A stretch of DNA of 36,268 bases from Candidatus Thorarchaeota archaeon (GTDB lineage Archaea; Asgardarchaeota; Thorarchaeia; Thorarchaeales; Thorarchaeaceae). The stretch spans positions 1-36,268 of the forward strand of contig RDNZ01000028.1 in assembly GCA_011364905.1 (NCBI GenBank), written 5' to 3'. The notes beneath the pieces were generated by a model, which saw only the letters and a list, made by a program, of their open reading frames with translations, was not told the DNA's origin and did no database searches. Both the position numbers and the translations under genes were made by a program. This document shows positions 10,940 through 20,760 of the stretch, one piece after another; the stretch's first letter is position 1; the number at the start of each line of letters is the position of its first letter.

Positions 10940-11719
10940 ATGGAAGTCATTGTTGAGCAATCATTCAAGAAAACCAAGAAAACTGCTATTGAGCTGAAGA
11001 ATCTGACAAAGAGGTTTGGTAACCTCACAGCTGTTGATGGGCTTTTTCTTGATATTAGATGGGGTGAGATTTTTGGTCTTCTAGGACCAAATGGAGCTGG
11101 AAAGACAACAACAGTCAATATACTTTCGACGTTACTGGACCCTACTGAAGGCTATGCTACTGTGGCCGGACACGATGTTGTTGAGAAAGCTAGTGAAGTT
11201 CGAAAGGTGATTGGTCTCTGTCCACAGGAACCAGCATACTTTCCATATCTCACTGGTCGAGAAAACATAGAGTTATTCGGTCAACTTCATTCAGTGCCAC
11301 AGAAACTACTCGGTGAACGAATTGAGAATTTGGCTCAGAGAGTTGATATTCATGATGATATTGACCGACGTGCAAGTCATTATAGCGGTGGGATGATACG
11401 TCGTATCAGCACTATCATGGCGCTCATTCACGATCCTCCTGTCGCTTTGCTTGATGAGCCCACTGTCGCAATGGATCCGATATCTCGCAGGTCAGTATGG
11501 GACTTCATCAAAGAACTGAGAAGCCAAAACAAGACAATTATTCTTACAACACATTACATGGAAGAAGCACAGGAACTCTCCGATAGAGTCGGCATAATCG
11601 ATGAAGGTAGACTGATTGAGGTCGGACCGCCCCAAGACTTGATAGACAAATACCAGGTAAACGACCTAGAAGATGTCTTCGTCTTGAGAACGGGTAAGAA
11701 GCTAAAGGAGGAGGTCTAG
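10940..11719 (+). CDS. ABC-2 type exporter ATP-binding protein
   Basis: Walker A GPNGAGKT, signature YSGGM, Walker B LLDEPT, H-loop TTHYMEEA. Confidence 0.95.
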   Translation: MEVIVEQSFKKTKKTAIELKNLTKRFGNLTAVDGLFLDIRWGEIFGLLGPNGAGKTTTVNILSTLLDPTEGYATVAGHDVVEKASEVRKVIGLCPQEPAYFPYLTGRENIELFGQLHSVPQKLLGERIENLAQRVDIHDDIDRRASHYSGGMIRRISTIMALIHDPPVALLDEPTVAMDPISRRSVWDFIKELRSQNKTIILTTHYMEEAQELSDRVGIIDEGRLIEVGPPQDLIDKYQVNDLEDVFVLRTGKKLKEEV

Positions 11720-12883
11720 ATGGACTTCAAGCGTGTTTTGGCCTTGGTAAAGAAGAACATGAAGAAGTTCACCAGAGACCCAGGCACTCTGTTCCTGCTT
11801 GTATTGTTTCCTGTTGTTCTTACAACCGTGTTTGGATTCGCATTTGGAGGCATTGGTGAATCCGGTCCACAGAGCTTTGAGATTGGAGTTGTCAACACAG
11901 ATTACTCATCAGACCATCCAGAATGGGCTAGTGGATTCTTCACAAATCTCAGTGATATTGAAGGTGTTATCTTAGTAGAATATGCAGATAACGAAACTGG
12001 ACAAGCTGATCTCCTCCAAGGGAGCATAGACGCATTAATTGTGATTCCAACAGGGTTTGGCGACAGTTGTCAATCCTACTGGGAGTTCCCCTTTGATGGA
12101 ACTAGTTGGATAAACACATCCATCAGTCTCTACCTTGATAGTGGATCGTTAGTAGCTACTGCTGCAGTTCCACCAATTGTCCAACAGGTCTTTCTTAGGA
12201 CACTATTCGGAGACGCAAAAATATCACTAGATGTTCCGGTTCAACTGACAAGTCCCCAGCTCATATCTGCAAGTTCAGTTTCACAATGGGACTTCATGGT
12301 GCCAGGTATGTTTGCATTCTCTGCAATCTTCATCACTGTAATAGTAGCACAGTCGATGACCGTGGAGAGAAATGAGGGGCTTCTTAGAAGAATGTCAACC
12401 ACTCCTGTAACCTCCTCCGATTACATGCTTAGTCAGACACTTTCCTACATGACGGTCGCAATCATTCAGGTTGCGATGATTTTCCTGACATCATACCTGA
12501 TTGGTTATAGACCTGCTACAGGATTAATCGGGATTGGATTTGCACTGACGATACTGGCAGTGTTCTCACTATCTTGTGTCGGTTTGGGTCTCATTGCTGC
12601 AACCTTCACGAACTCTGCAGATGGAGCCACAGGTCTAGCATTCATGGTTGCTATGCCTCAGATGTTCCTCGGAACATTCATGCCACTTGGTGGAATAGCT
12701 GATACGATTGCCTCGATTATGCCAAGCACATATGTGACAGACGCTCTGACTACTCTTTTCCTACGAGGTGCACTAGTCACAACTCCCTCGATATGGATTG
12801 ACCTTGTGCTTGTTGTTGCGGCCAGTATTATCGTAGTTATTGCTGGAATACTGGTCTTCGATAGATGGGGTCGAGGTATGTAG
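11720..12883 (+). CDS. ABC-2 type exporter permease
   Basis: N-terminal TM, extracellular domain, then about 5 TMs; ERNEGLLRR..TP motif; abuts the ATPase gene. Confidence 0.92.
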   Translation: MDFKRVLALVKKNMKKFTRDPGTLFLLVLFPVVLTTVFGFAFGGIGESGPQSFEIGVVNTDYSSDHPEWASGFFTNLSDIEGVILVEYADNETGQADLLQGSIDALIVIPTGFGDSCQSYWEFPFDGTSWINTSISLYLDSGSLVATAAVPPIVQQVFLRTLFGDAKISLDVPVQLTSPQLISASSVSQWDFMVPGMFAFSAIFITVIVAQSMTVERNEGLLRRMSTTPVTSSDYMLSQTLSYMTVAIIQVAMIFLTSYLIGYRPATGLIGIGFALTILAVFSLSCVGLGLIAATFTNSADGATGLAFMVAMPQMFLGTFMPLGGIADTIASIMPSTYVTDALTTLFLRGALVTTPSIWIDLVLVVAASIIVVIAGILVFDRWGRGM

Positions 12884-12884
12884 T

Positions 12885-13325
12885 ATGGAGCTCTTTGATT
12901 TGGTTGAGGGGTATAATCTCTTGTACTCTACCTCTCAACTCGATCCTTTTTATTGCGAAACGGGACGAACGGTTCTATTACACGACGATGGGCCTATTAG
13001 AATCTATCTTACGAAAGACCCTGATAGATGGGAAGAAATCGCCCTTGAGATTGATATCTTTATGGGCGTCAGTCGTACTTCAGACTCAGTCCAGTCTGAC
13101 TCGACTAACGATAGAGTTAATGACATTCGCATATCAAGACTTCAACTGATTGAGTGTATTTCCTACATAGAATACATGATTCGTTTGGATGAAGCTGGAT
13201 TCAATCTGGAAGTTGTTTTGGATGGATGCATCTGGACTGCCCGATATTTACTCAGAAGCAAACCAGACTCCCAACTGTTTAGAATAATTGCTCCTCCAAT
13301 GTATCGGAATTTTGGTGAAGAATAA
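12885..13325 (+). CDS. Hypothetical protein
   Basis: ATG at 12885 directly after the permease stop; in frame with ORF 12840-13325. Confidence 0.7.
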   Translation: MELFDLVEGYNLLYSTSQLDPFYCETGRTVLLHDDGPIRIYLTKDPDRWEEIALEIDIFMGVSRTSDSVQSDSTNDRVNDIRISRLQLIECISYIEYMIRLDEAGFNLEVVLDGCIWTARYLLRSKPDSQLFRIIAPPMYRNFGEE

Positions 13326-13368
13326 TGATTGAGTATGAAATAAAATTGACATTAGGAGTCGAAAAAAC

Positions 13369-13854
13369 TTGACAAAAATAAAAGCAAAACAAGAAGTTGG
13401 TGAAACGGATCAAAAATGGAATTCTTATGAAAATAAATTGGCGTCAATTTCACGAAGAGCTGTGGCACAGATTATAGATTTCACGATTTTAGCCACAATT
13501 TTCATACTAGTGACGTATATCGTAAAAGGTGTCTGGCTCATGTTGCCAGGGGATCACCTATGGATTATTTTTGATCCAATCTGTGGAGTTTTCTTGGTAA
13601 CCATCTTTGCCTATTTCATAGGAATGGAAGGATTACTTGGATTCACTCTTGGGAAACTTGCCACTGGCATTCGTGTCGTCAGTGAGCAAGGCACTAGGAT
13701 AACTATGCAACAGTCTGCCAAACGGAATTTCGGTAGGCTAGTTGATGGTATTGCGGTTTACATTATTGGAATACGGATTGTAAGAAAGTCTCCATTGTTT
13801 CAAAGGTACGGTGATAAAATCGCTCAGACAGTTGTTATCCAACATTATAGATGA
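13369..13854 (+). CDS. RDD family membrane protein
   Basis: RRAVAQIID, TLGKLATGIRVV and QRYGDKIAQTVV motifs. Confidence 0.9.
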   Translation: MTKIKAKQEVGETDQKWNSYENKLASISRRAVAQIIDFTILATIFILVTYIVKGVWLMLPGDHLWIIFDPICGVFLVTIFAYFIGMEGLLGFTLGKLATGIRVVSEQGTRITMQQSAKRNFGRLVDGIAVYIIGIRIVRKSPLFQRYGDKIAQTVVIQHYR

Positions 13855-14726
13855 GAATGAGGAGTCAAAGACAAGAAATGCTTGAGTCAAAAGAATCAGA
13901 TTATAGAACAATGGCTCTATTTTTCTTTGTTAGTCTTGTCGTAGTCCTACTGTATTTGCTAGCCTATCAATTTGGTATAGTTATTTTTCTGGAGGACTTT
14001 AGTGGAGGGCTGCTTCATCCCACACTAATTCTCAATGCATTCTTGATGTTGACTGCGGTATACGGAGTCCTAGTCTTGAAGGAGAAATTTCAAGGGAAAG
14101 ATTTTGGACTTGTAACAGGGAAACTTCCAACAGCAATCATTGTTGGTTTAATCACTTGGGTTACTATTCAGATAATTGAAGGGTTCGCCAGCTATATCTA
14201 TACAGGAAGCATAGAATTTGATTCAAAATGGAGCACAGATAGTCTTGGATTAATCGGATTGTTAATCGGAATGCTATTTGGTACTGCCTTATATGAAGAA
14301 GTCGGATACAGAGGATTTCTTCTGGTTCAGTTCAGGATGAAGATAGAAGACATAACAACGAACAGGGCTCTACAGATATCACTATCTTTGATAGCATCTC
14401 AAACGCTTTTCACTTTGCTTCATGTCCCGTGGAAAGTTCTGAATCAAGGATGGACAACTGCAGCTCTTTTCGATTTGCTATTCAGTGTATTCATGAATGG
14501 GATTATCTATGGTCTACTCTATTTGAGGACTGAGAACCTCTTCTTTGTTATGTTTGTGCATGTCTTTGGAAATGCTCCAACTTCATTGTTCAACTCTTAT
14601 TTGGGTGCCTCCAACATTCTAATTATGTTGGCGATTATCTGGGCGGCAATTTGGCCTACTCTGCAAAGATGGGAAAAAGAGGATGCGAAAATCAATTTGC
14701 TTTTTCCCGAGCAGATAGAGGTGTAG
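13851..14726 (+). CDS. CPBP/CAAX (Abi) family intramembrane metalloprotease
   Basis: EEVGYRG, FTLLH and HVFGN motifs; multi-TM. Confidence 0.9.
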   Translation: MRMRSQRQEMLESKESDYRTMALFFFVSLVVVLLYLLAYQFGIVIFLEDFSGGLLHPTLILNAFLMLTAVYGVLVLKEKFQGKDFGLVTGKLPTAIIVGLITWVTIQIIEGFASYIYTGSIEFDSKWSTDSLGLIGLLIGMLFGTALYEEVGYRGFLLVQFRMKIEDITTNRALQISLSLIASQTLFTLLHVPWKVLNQGWTTAALFDLLFSVFMNGIIYGLLYLRTENLFFVMFVHVFGNAPTSLFNSYLGASNILIMLAIIWAAIWPTLQRWEKEDAKINLLFPEQIEV

Positions 14727-14801
14727 GCTAACGACTGGATCCGGTGAACAGGGAACTTTCCCTTTCCTCTCCTGTTGAGCCACCCTTTCATTTTGCAATT
14801 G
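14712..14801 (+). repeat. Repeat copy 5 (same left-arm allele as copy 2)
   Basis: cagatagaggtgtaggctaacgactggatccggtgaacagggaactttccctttcctctcctgttgagccaccctttcattttgcaattg. Confidence 0.9.
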
Positions 14802-14878
14802 TGTACATACTCTTCTGAATCAAATTACAATCAATAGAATTTATCACCAGTCTATGGTCATAATAATCATAACTCTAA

Positions 14879-15502
14879 TTGGTCCGTGCTAGCTCATTGA
14901 AAGAAACCTCCGAGTGTGGAATAAACTTCACGGTGCTGGAAACGCAACAATGTCCAGCTGAAGAAACCAGAGTGAGAATAGTAGCTCAATTTGATGCAGA
15001 CCTACTCCCAATACTCGAAATATTATTCCTTCATTTCAAGAATGTAACCTATTCTAGAGAATTGAAATGTATTGTAAAGAAGAAAGAAGGAAAGATTACA
15101 TCCATCTTTGGTTCGGGTAAGGTTTCGATTACACATTTGGCGGATCATCAAGAAGGGATCGAGAATCTCAATCATATCGCCGAGCTAATCTCCAAAGCGT
15201 TCGAATATTTACGTCAATATGGACCCACCGAACCAAGTCTTATTCAACAGCACGAGAATCTAAATGCATTAGAAATTGTAAAACTATTGCCGCAAACGAA
15301 TTGTGGAGAGTGCGGTGAATCTGGGTGTTTCACCTTTGCTACACGGTTACTTCTAGGTGAGCACGAAATAGATGATTGCAGTGAGTTATTACGAGATGAA
15401 CTATCTGCATGTAAAGGAGATTTGAGCAAGCTCCTTCAACCAATTAATCTAGACAGCATTGAGAAACAACTTCCAAGCCTTGCTGATCTACTAGGACTTT
15501 GA
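14879..15502 (+). CDS. Fe-S cluster-binding protein (COG4871-like, with AcsC/CdhE-type FeS domain)
   Basis: LPQTNCGECGESGCFTFA...C motif; N-terminal CPAE and IFGSGKV. Confidence 0.82.
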   Translation: MVRASSLKETSECGINFTVLETQQCPAEETRVRIVAQFDADLLPILEILFLHFKNVTYSRELKCIVKKKEGKITSIFGSGKVSITHLADHQEGIENLNHIAELISKAFEYLRQYGPTEPSLIQQHENLNALEIVKLLPQTNCGECGESGCFTFATRLLLGEHEIDDCSELLRDELSACKGDLSKLLQPINLDSIEKQLPSLADLLGL

Positions 15503-15538
15503 AGCAATAGAGAAAAATCTGTGCGAACTCTGACTCAT

Positions 15539-15619
15539 AGAAATAGATGCTGACAGGGTTGACTAATAGGACCTTTCCCTAGCCGCTCACTGTTGAGCTA
15601 CCCTTTCATTTTGTAATTG
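15539..15619 (+). repeat. Repeat copy 6 (diverged)
   Basis: agaaatagatgctgacagggttgactaataggacctttccctagccgctcactgttgagctaccctttcattttgtaattg. Confidence 0.85.
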
Positions 15620-15755
15620 TCCACTTTCTTGAGTGTACAGTATAGTTGCTCCTACACTAAATCGGGGAACTGCAATTAGCATAAGAATCATATAATGAAA
15701 TATTAACTATTGTTATCAGTTCTAATAAATAGATCTGAAGAAGGGCATCGCAAAT

Positions 15756-16346
15756 ATGAGAAAAATTATCGTTCTATCATTTGTAACGATTGATGGTATT
15801 ATGCAGGCACCTGGTGGACCTGAAGAAGACACCTCTGGTGGTTTTAAACACGGCGGCTGGACAGTTCCCTATTTTGATGATTTTCTTGGAGAAGTGATGT
15901 CCGAACAGATGGGTAGATCCTTTGACCTGTTGTTAGGGAGAAAAACGTTTGAGATTTTCGCATCTTATTGGCCTCATCATGAAAGTCCAATAAATGATGC
16001 AACAAAGTATGTTGTATCGAATACACTAACGGAACACGAGTGGAATAACTCAGTCTTCATAAATGGTGATGTCGTGAAGAAAATTAAGGTGTTAAAATCA
16101 CAGGATGGCCCTGACCTGCAAGTTCACGGTAGCAGCAACCTCATTCAGACACTCTTGAAACATGATCTGGTTGATGAATTGTGGCTCAAGATTTTCCCCA
16201 TCACGCTTGGTTCGGGAAAGCGCCTATTTGATGAGGGAACCATTCCTTCTACGTTCACATTAAAGGATGTTAAAATGTCTCCAAAAGGTGTCATCGTTTC
16301 TTCCTATGAGCGCTCAGGAGAAGTGAGAACAGGTTCTTTCAACTAA
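15756..16346 (+). CDS. Dihydrofolate reductase-family protein (RibD C-terminal-like)
   Basis: TIDGIMQAPGGPEED, LLLGRKTFE, HGSSNL, LVDE...P..LGSGKRLF. Confidence 0.92.
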   Translation: MRKIIVLSFVTIDGIMQAPGGPEEDTSGGFKHGGWTVPYFDDFLGEVMSEQMGRSFDLLLGRKTFEIFASYWPHHESPINDATKYVVSNTLTEHEWNNSVFINGDVVKKIKVLKSQDGPDLQVHGSSNLIQTLLKHDLVDELWLKIFPITLGSGKRLFDEGTIPSTFTLKDVKMSPKGVIVSSYERSGEVRTGSFN

Positions 16347-16431
16347 GATGGGTAAGAAGTAGAGGCTGACGGGATCGGGTGAACAGGGAACTTTCCCTAT
16401 CCTCGCCTGTTGAGTCACCCTTCTCATTTTA
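16346..16431 (+). repeat. Repeat copy 7 (full length; native-type left arm, alternative right arm)
   Basis: 52 of the first 53 nt identical to copy 1, then atcctcgcctgttgagtcacccttctcatttta. Confidence 0.95.
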
Positions 16432-16554
16432 CCAATAATAATCTTAACTAAAAATTCGTCTTCTAGTTCACCAAAGCAGGTACGAATTTCGAGAATAATT
16501 ATTATAATGTCCGACTACATATTCTAATACATCGCGTGTACCGGAGTAGAGATT

Positions 16555-18183
16555 TTGAGCAGTTTCATTCAGACAAACAAGAAGATGCTAACAGTTTTCA
16601 TAATATTAATCATTATTGGGTCAACTTCAGTTTTAATCCTCTATGGGTATTTCCTTACTCCAGATAATAACGTGACCTTTGCTGGTGGGACTCTAACACA
16701 AGACACAACATGGTCTGGACTTGTACATGTAGAGAGCTTTGTCGCGGTTCCTGAGGGAATCACATTAACCATCTTGCCTGGGACAACTATTGAGTTCCGT
16801 CATTACCGTGGATATACCGATGATCAACGAGTGGGTTTAATTGTTGGAGGTGGTACGGTCATAGCGCAAGGCACCCCGGATGCTCAAATCTGGTTCACAT
16901 CAGACGCTGATGATCCAATCAATGGTGACTGGGCGGGAATTAGCTGCTCATTCACTGAGAGCGTCTTCAAATATGTCATTGTGGAGTACTCTATAATCGG
17001 TATAGAACAAGTGCATTCGAATATGACCATCAGCCACTCTATCATCCGCTGGGTAAATACAGAAGGAATCTACGCTGAGACTTCCCGTCCCATAATTGAG
17101 TATAATCTGATTTATGGTAATGCGTATCACGATATTGCATTGGAGCAGTTCAATCCTGATGTTCAAATCAGGCATAACATCTTCAAAGGTGGTCATGCAA
17201 GCGTTCATGCTGAAGCTACAAATGTAACAATCGCGGGAAATTACTTCGTCAACTATACCGTTGGAGCGATATCAGGTGGACAGTTCTCCAACATGACAAT
17301 TGTTGAGAATAAGTTCGAAGACATAGATGGATATATGATAAATCTAGACCCGACCACAACGAATGTCACCCAGGATAATGATTTTGGCAGTGGCATTTTA
17401 GAATCCCCGCAGCTTGATTTTCCTGATAGTAAAAGGAGTGACTTAGGTTATACTCCAGGAGATCCCGAAGACGAGTATCTCTATGTATATCCAGAATTTG
17501 ATCAGACACGTAGAATTGTAGATCGACTTGAAAATGAAACAGAGATTGGCTCAGCTCTGACATATTTGAATGGAAGTCTCTGGCGTTTCAACGTTGCTTC
17601 ATGGACTAAAGGCACACTACAAGACTTCATAGAAATCAATCCCGTCACAGGGAATAACACAATCTATGGAAACAACTTTGTAATTAATCCAAGAGGACTC
17701 ACCAATGATGGGAATTTCTTCTGGGTCAATGATGTCACTCTAAAGAAGATTTTCAAGTTCAAAATCAACTCCAGTGATTTCATTGAGATAATAGATTCTT
17801 TTGATATTCCAAACCCATCTGAGGGGGGTCTCTCAAGCCTTGTTTGTGATGGTTCGTATTTATACAGCCTGAGTCGCGACACATCTGTAATCTACAAGAT
17901 TGATATGAGTGGAACCTTAGTCACCTCAATTAATTATCAAGGTGCACCTCTGTGGGGCGCGCTTGTCTGGACTGGAATATACTTCTGGGCACATTCTGGT
18001 ATTCATATCACCAAATGGTACGCTAATTGGACCTTGGCAGGAAAAATCTATCCAGTTGCATGGGGCACTGATGCTTTAGCATGGGATGGAACTTACCTTT
18101 GGTCATTACAAAGGACATGTGAGGTCTGGAAAGATGGAAAGATATTCCAGATTGAAATCTTAAACGATCAACTATTACTTTGA
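16555..18183 (+). CDS. Membrane-anchored extracellular protein: right-handed beta-helix plus C-terminal beta-propeller-like repeats
   Basis: N-terminal TM; GITLTILPGTTI...GTPDAQIWFTS..GDWAGI beta-helix cap; repeated L-x-WDG-x-YLW-type units. Confidence 0.8.
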   Translation: MSSFIQTNKKMLTVFIILIIIGSTSVLILYGYFLTPDNNVTFAGGTLTQDTTWSGLVHVESFVAVPEGITLTILPGTTIEFRHYRGYTDDQRVGLIVGGGTVIAQGTPDAQIWFTSDADDPINGDWAGISCSFTESVFKYVIVEYSIIGIEQVHSNMTISHSIIRWVNTEGIYAETSRPIIEYNLIYGNAYHDIALEQFNPDVQIRHNIFKGGHASVHAEATNVTIAGNYFVNYTVGAISGGQFSNMTIVENKFEDIDGYMINLDPTTTNVTQDNDFGSGILESPQLDFPDSKRSDLGYTPGDPEDEYLYVYPEFDQTRRIVDRLENETEIGSALTYLNGSLWRFNVASWTKGTLQDFIEINPVTGNNTIYGNNFVINPRGLTNDGNFFWVNDVTLKKIFKFKINSSDFIEIIDSFDIPNPSEGGLSSLVCDGSYLYSLSRDTSVIYKIDMSGTLVTSINYQGAPLWGALVWTGIYFWAHSGIHITKWYANWTLAGKIYPVAWGTDALAWDGTYLWSLQRTCEVWKDGKIFQIEILNDQLLL

Positions 18184-18193
18184 CATCCAAGAT

Positions 18194-18258
18194 TGACGGG
18201 GTCGGGAAACCAGGGAACTTTCCCTATCCTCACCTGTTGAGCCACCCTTTTCATTCTG
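18194..18258 (+). repeat. Repeat copy 8
   Basis: tgacggggtcgggaaaccagggaactttccctatcctcacctgttgagccacccttttcattctg. Confidence 0.92.
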
Positions 18259-18291
18259 GTCATTTTTTCATCTCTGGATGCTTTTGAGTTA

Positions 18292-18684
18292 TCATTTGAC
18301 TGGTATACGTCCCCGAAAAATCGATAGAAAAACACCAAACATTCCAATCTCTACGAAGTCAATGCCCAAAAGCGCCGATATGATTGTCCTTGGAAAGAAG
18401 GCAGTCACAAGCGCATTGTGAAACGAAGCAGAAGCACCAAAGCCAACAAACCCAATCACTATCAGAATGAACGCAATAACACTGTTGATCTCTTGTTTCT
18501 GCTTAAGGACTGCAATAGCAAGCAGGTCAGCTCCCAAGATCTGAAGGACTATCAGAATGTCAAGGACCACAGTAAGATTCGCTTCTGGATCTGTTTGAAA
18601 AAAAGCACAAATGATTCCGATAGCAATTGCTAATAAGGTGACAAGCGTGCCGGTCACAGTCCATATTCTGACCGAATTCTTCAA
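18292..18684 (-). CDS. Small 4-TM membrane protein
   Basis: 130 aa with four hydrophobic segments; fills the interval between copies 8 and 9. Confidence 0.7.
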   Translation of the reverse strand: MKNSVRIWTVTGTLVTLLAIAIGIICAFFQTDPEANLTVVLDILIVLQILGADLLAIAVLKQKQEINSVIAFILIVIGFVGFGASASFHNALVTAFFPRTIISALLGIDFVEIGMFGVFLSIFRGRIPVK

Positions 18685-18754
18685 TCCTAAGCCCTTCTGA
18701 GAATTACTAAACTCAAAGTATGCATGGTTTCTAACTCATAAATACCTTAACATC

Positions 18755-18797
18755 GAACTTGTCCAAACTCACACTGTTGAGCCACCCTCTCATTTTT
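18755..18797 (+). repeat. Repeat copy 9 (right half only)
   Basis: gaacttgtccaaactcacactgttgagccaccctctcattttt. Confidence 0.8.
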
Positions 18798-18873
18798 CGA
18801 CGTTTCGTTGTGAGAAGATGCCTTATTGATGAATTCAACTTACTTGTTTACCTATCATATCTTCATTTTCTTC

Positions 18874-20337
18874 TCAGTTTGTTACACTTACTCTTCGGTA
18901 TCTTCGTATATACAGTACAACACAAATGACCAGTATTACTGAAGCTCCTGCAAGAATAATTACAGGGTCCAATGGAGGTGGAGTGGATGTTTCAACAATC
19001 CCATGAGCATAATAGATGTCCATCTCACCATTTCTGCCATCAGACCATGCGATGTGCGGCACTCCATCCGAGTCCAACTGGATACCCATATACTCGCCCG
19101 GTCTTGTATACGAACTCGAAGTCGTTGAATTTGCAACAGGAATCGGTGTACCAAATACTGGATTATCATGTTCATCCCCGGTGAATTCTAGTGTACGGTA
19201 ATATGGTCTATATTCACTCTCTTGTTCATCATAATAGACAATATGCAATCTTCCATCAGTTCCGATGGCCATTTCTGGATTCCACTGATTTCCCTCCACA
19301 GTGGGATTTACTCTAATGCGTGGACTCCAAGTATCGCCATAGTCGTCCGAGTATCTAAGATAAACGTCAAAGGAGTTCTGCCCCTCATCAAATCCATCCG
19401 CCCAAAGTACGTAGAGTCTATCATTCTGATCAAATCTAATCACAGGGAGGGTAATCTTTCCCGGTGCTGATGTTGAGTAGTTCCCATCGTTGTTAATGAA
19501 CCGGCTCTCTTGGAAAGTGGAACCGCCGTCTAGACTTCTTGCAAGTTCGATATTGCCCCAGTTCAATGCTGCAGGCTCTATGTAAAGCCATGAGGTATAC
19601 AGATCGTTTTCACTACTCAGAGCTATGTAAGGGAAGCACCTCCATGGGTCTTGCTTAGTAATATTGCATATCTCTTGAAACGTCTGGCCTCCATCGATGG
19701 ATCGGCTAAGGCGAATATCAGCGTCTCCAAGGGCTGAATTGAGATCTACATCATCATAGACGACATATATTGTTCCATCATCACTAATTGCCATCGTCTC
19801 CTTATCGGCAAAGAAGTTTCCATAGGAAGCTGTTACAGGTGTCCAAGACGCGCCATAATCATCACTTCGAGCCACGGTTATTTGAGAAAGTGAAGGACCT
19901 GAAATTGAGTACTCTAAGTATGCATAGTAAATAGTTCCATCGTGCCACACCAGCCATGGGTCCGATTGTCCTGTTGTTCCACTCGTAAACATTGGCATAT
20001 TATATGGGCTAGTCCAAGTATTTCCTCCATCAACAGACTTTGTCACGCTGACGCGAATACCCCCGCCGTTGTGCGTGTTAGAGTCCTTCCACCCTGCAAA
20101 GATAGTCCCATTATCACTAATGGCCATAGAAACCTCTACATGGTGTGGATATGAGGAATCATCAGTTGAGAGAAGCACATTCGAAGAAAATTCACTCACT
20201 TCGGGTTGAGTTTCAACTGACGCGTTTTGAAGAGCTAGATTTACAATTCTTTTTCCCTCGCTGGTTTGTATGCATGGAAATACTACCAGAAGGACTAGAG
20301 CAAGAGTAAATAAAAATCGTCGAACCATATACAGCAA
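18874..20337 (-). CDS. BNR/Asp-box beta-propeller (sialidase-fold) surface protein, paralogue 1
   Basis: Asp boxes SVDGGNTW, SDDYGASW, SIDGGQTF, SLDGGSTF, SDDYGDTW; signal peptide and C-terminal TM. Confidence 0.88.
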   Translation of the reverse strand: MLYMVRRFLFTLALVLLVVFPCIQTSEGKRIVNLALQNASVETQPEVSEFSSNVLLSTDDSSYPHHVEVSMAISDNGTIFAGWKDSNTHNGGGIRVSVTKSVDGGNTWTSPYNMPMFTSGTTGQSDPWLVWHDGTIYYAYLEYSISGPSLSQITVARSDDYGASWTPVTASYGNFFADKETMAISDDGTIYVVYDDVDLNSALGDADIRLSRSIDGGQTFQEICNITKQDPWRCFPYIALSSENDLYTSWLYIEPAALNWGNIELARSLDGGSTFQESRFINNDGNYSTSAPGKITLPVIRFDQNDRLYVLWADGFDEGQNSFDVYLRYSDDYGDTWSPRIRVNPTVEGNQWNPEMAIGTDGRLHIVYYDEQESEYRPYYRTLEFTGDEHDNPVFGTPIPVANSTTSSSYTRPGEYMGIQLDSDGVPHIAWSDGRNGEMDIYYAHGIVETSTPPPLDPVIILAGASVILVICVVLYIRRYRRVSVTN

Positions 20338-20658
20338 TTCCTATTCATTCAATGGCAATTAGATGTTGAGTTGAGTGGCATAATACCAATCGATTAGAGA
20401 TGACTCCAAGATTCTATGTTTCAATATCCAAGAGGATAGAACTATGCAGTTTTTCGTTGTATTGTTAGCTGGTTTCAATGAACAACAATCTCTAGAAACA
20501 ATAGAGAGTCTGAACAATATTATAATCTCTTTTGTAAAAGCAACTGAATAGAGTTTTGTGCGACCAGTTACTAGCAGAGGAGAAACTGGAAGAATTGTTT
20601 CTTGGAACAATGATGAAGTGATTGACTGAAATCTCTCAGATGGACTTAGGGACATGGA

Positions 20659-20726
20659 CTGACGGGGTCGGGTGAACAGAGAACTTTCCTTATCTTCGCC
20701 TGTTGAGCCACCCTATCTATTTTGCA
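20659..20726 (+). repeat. Repeat copy 10
   Basis: ctgacggggtcgggtgaacagagaactttccttatcttcgcctgttgagccaccctatctattttgca. Confidence 0.92.
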
Positions 20727-20760
20727 TGATTTGATCATCACCAAACCATCAGTTTTTTGA

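Noticed and set aside
20380-20655. Plus-strand frame with an in-frame TAG (MQFFVVLL...KATE*SFVRPV...VID*) as a pyrrolysine protein; also the minus ORF 20359-20655
   Set aside because: Short, no recognisable family and no pyl genes in the window; more likely a decayed fragment or noise.
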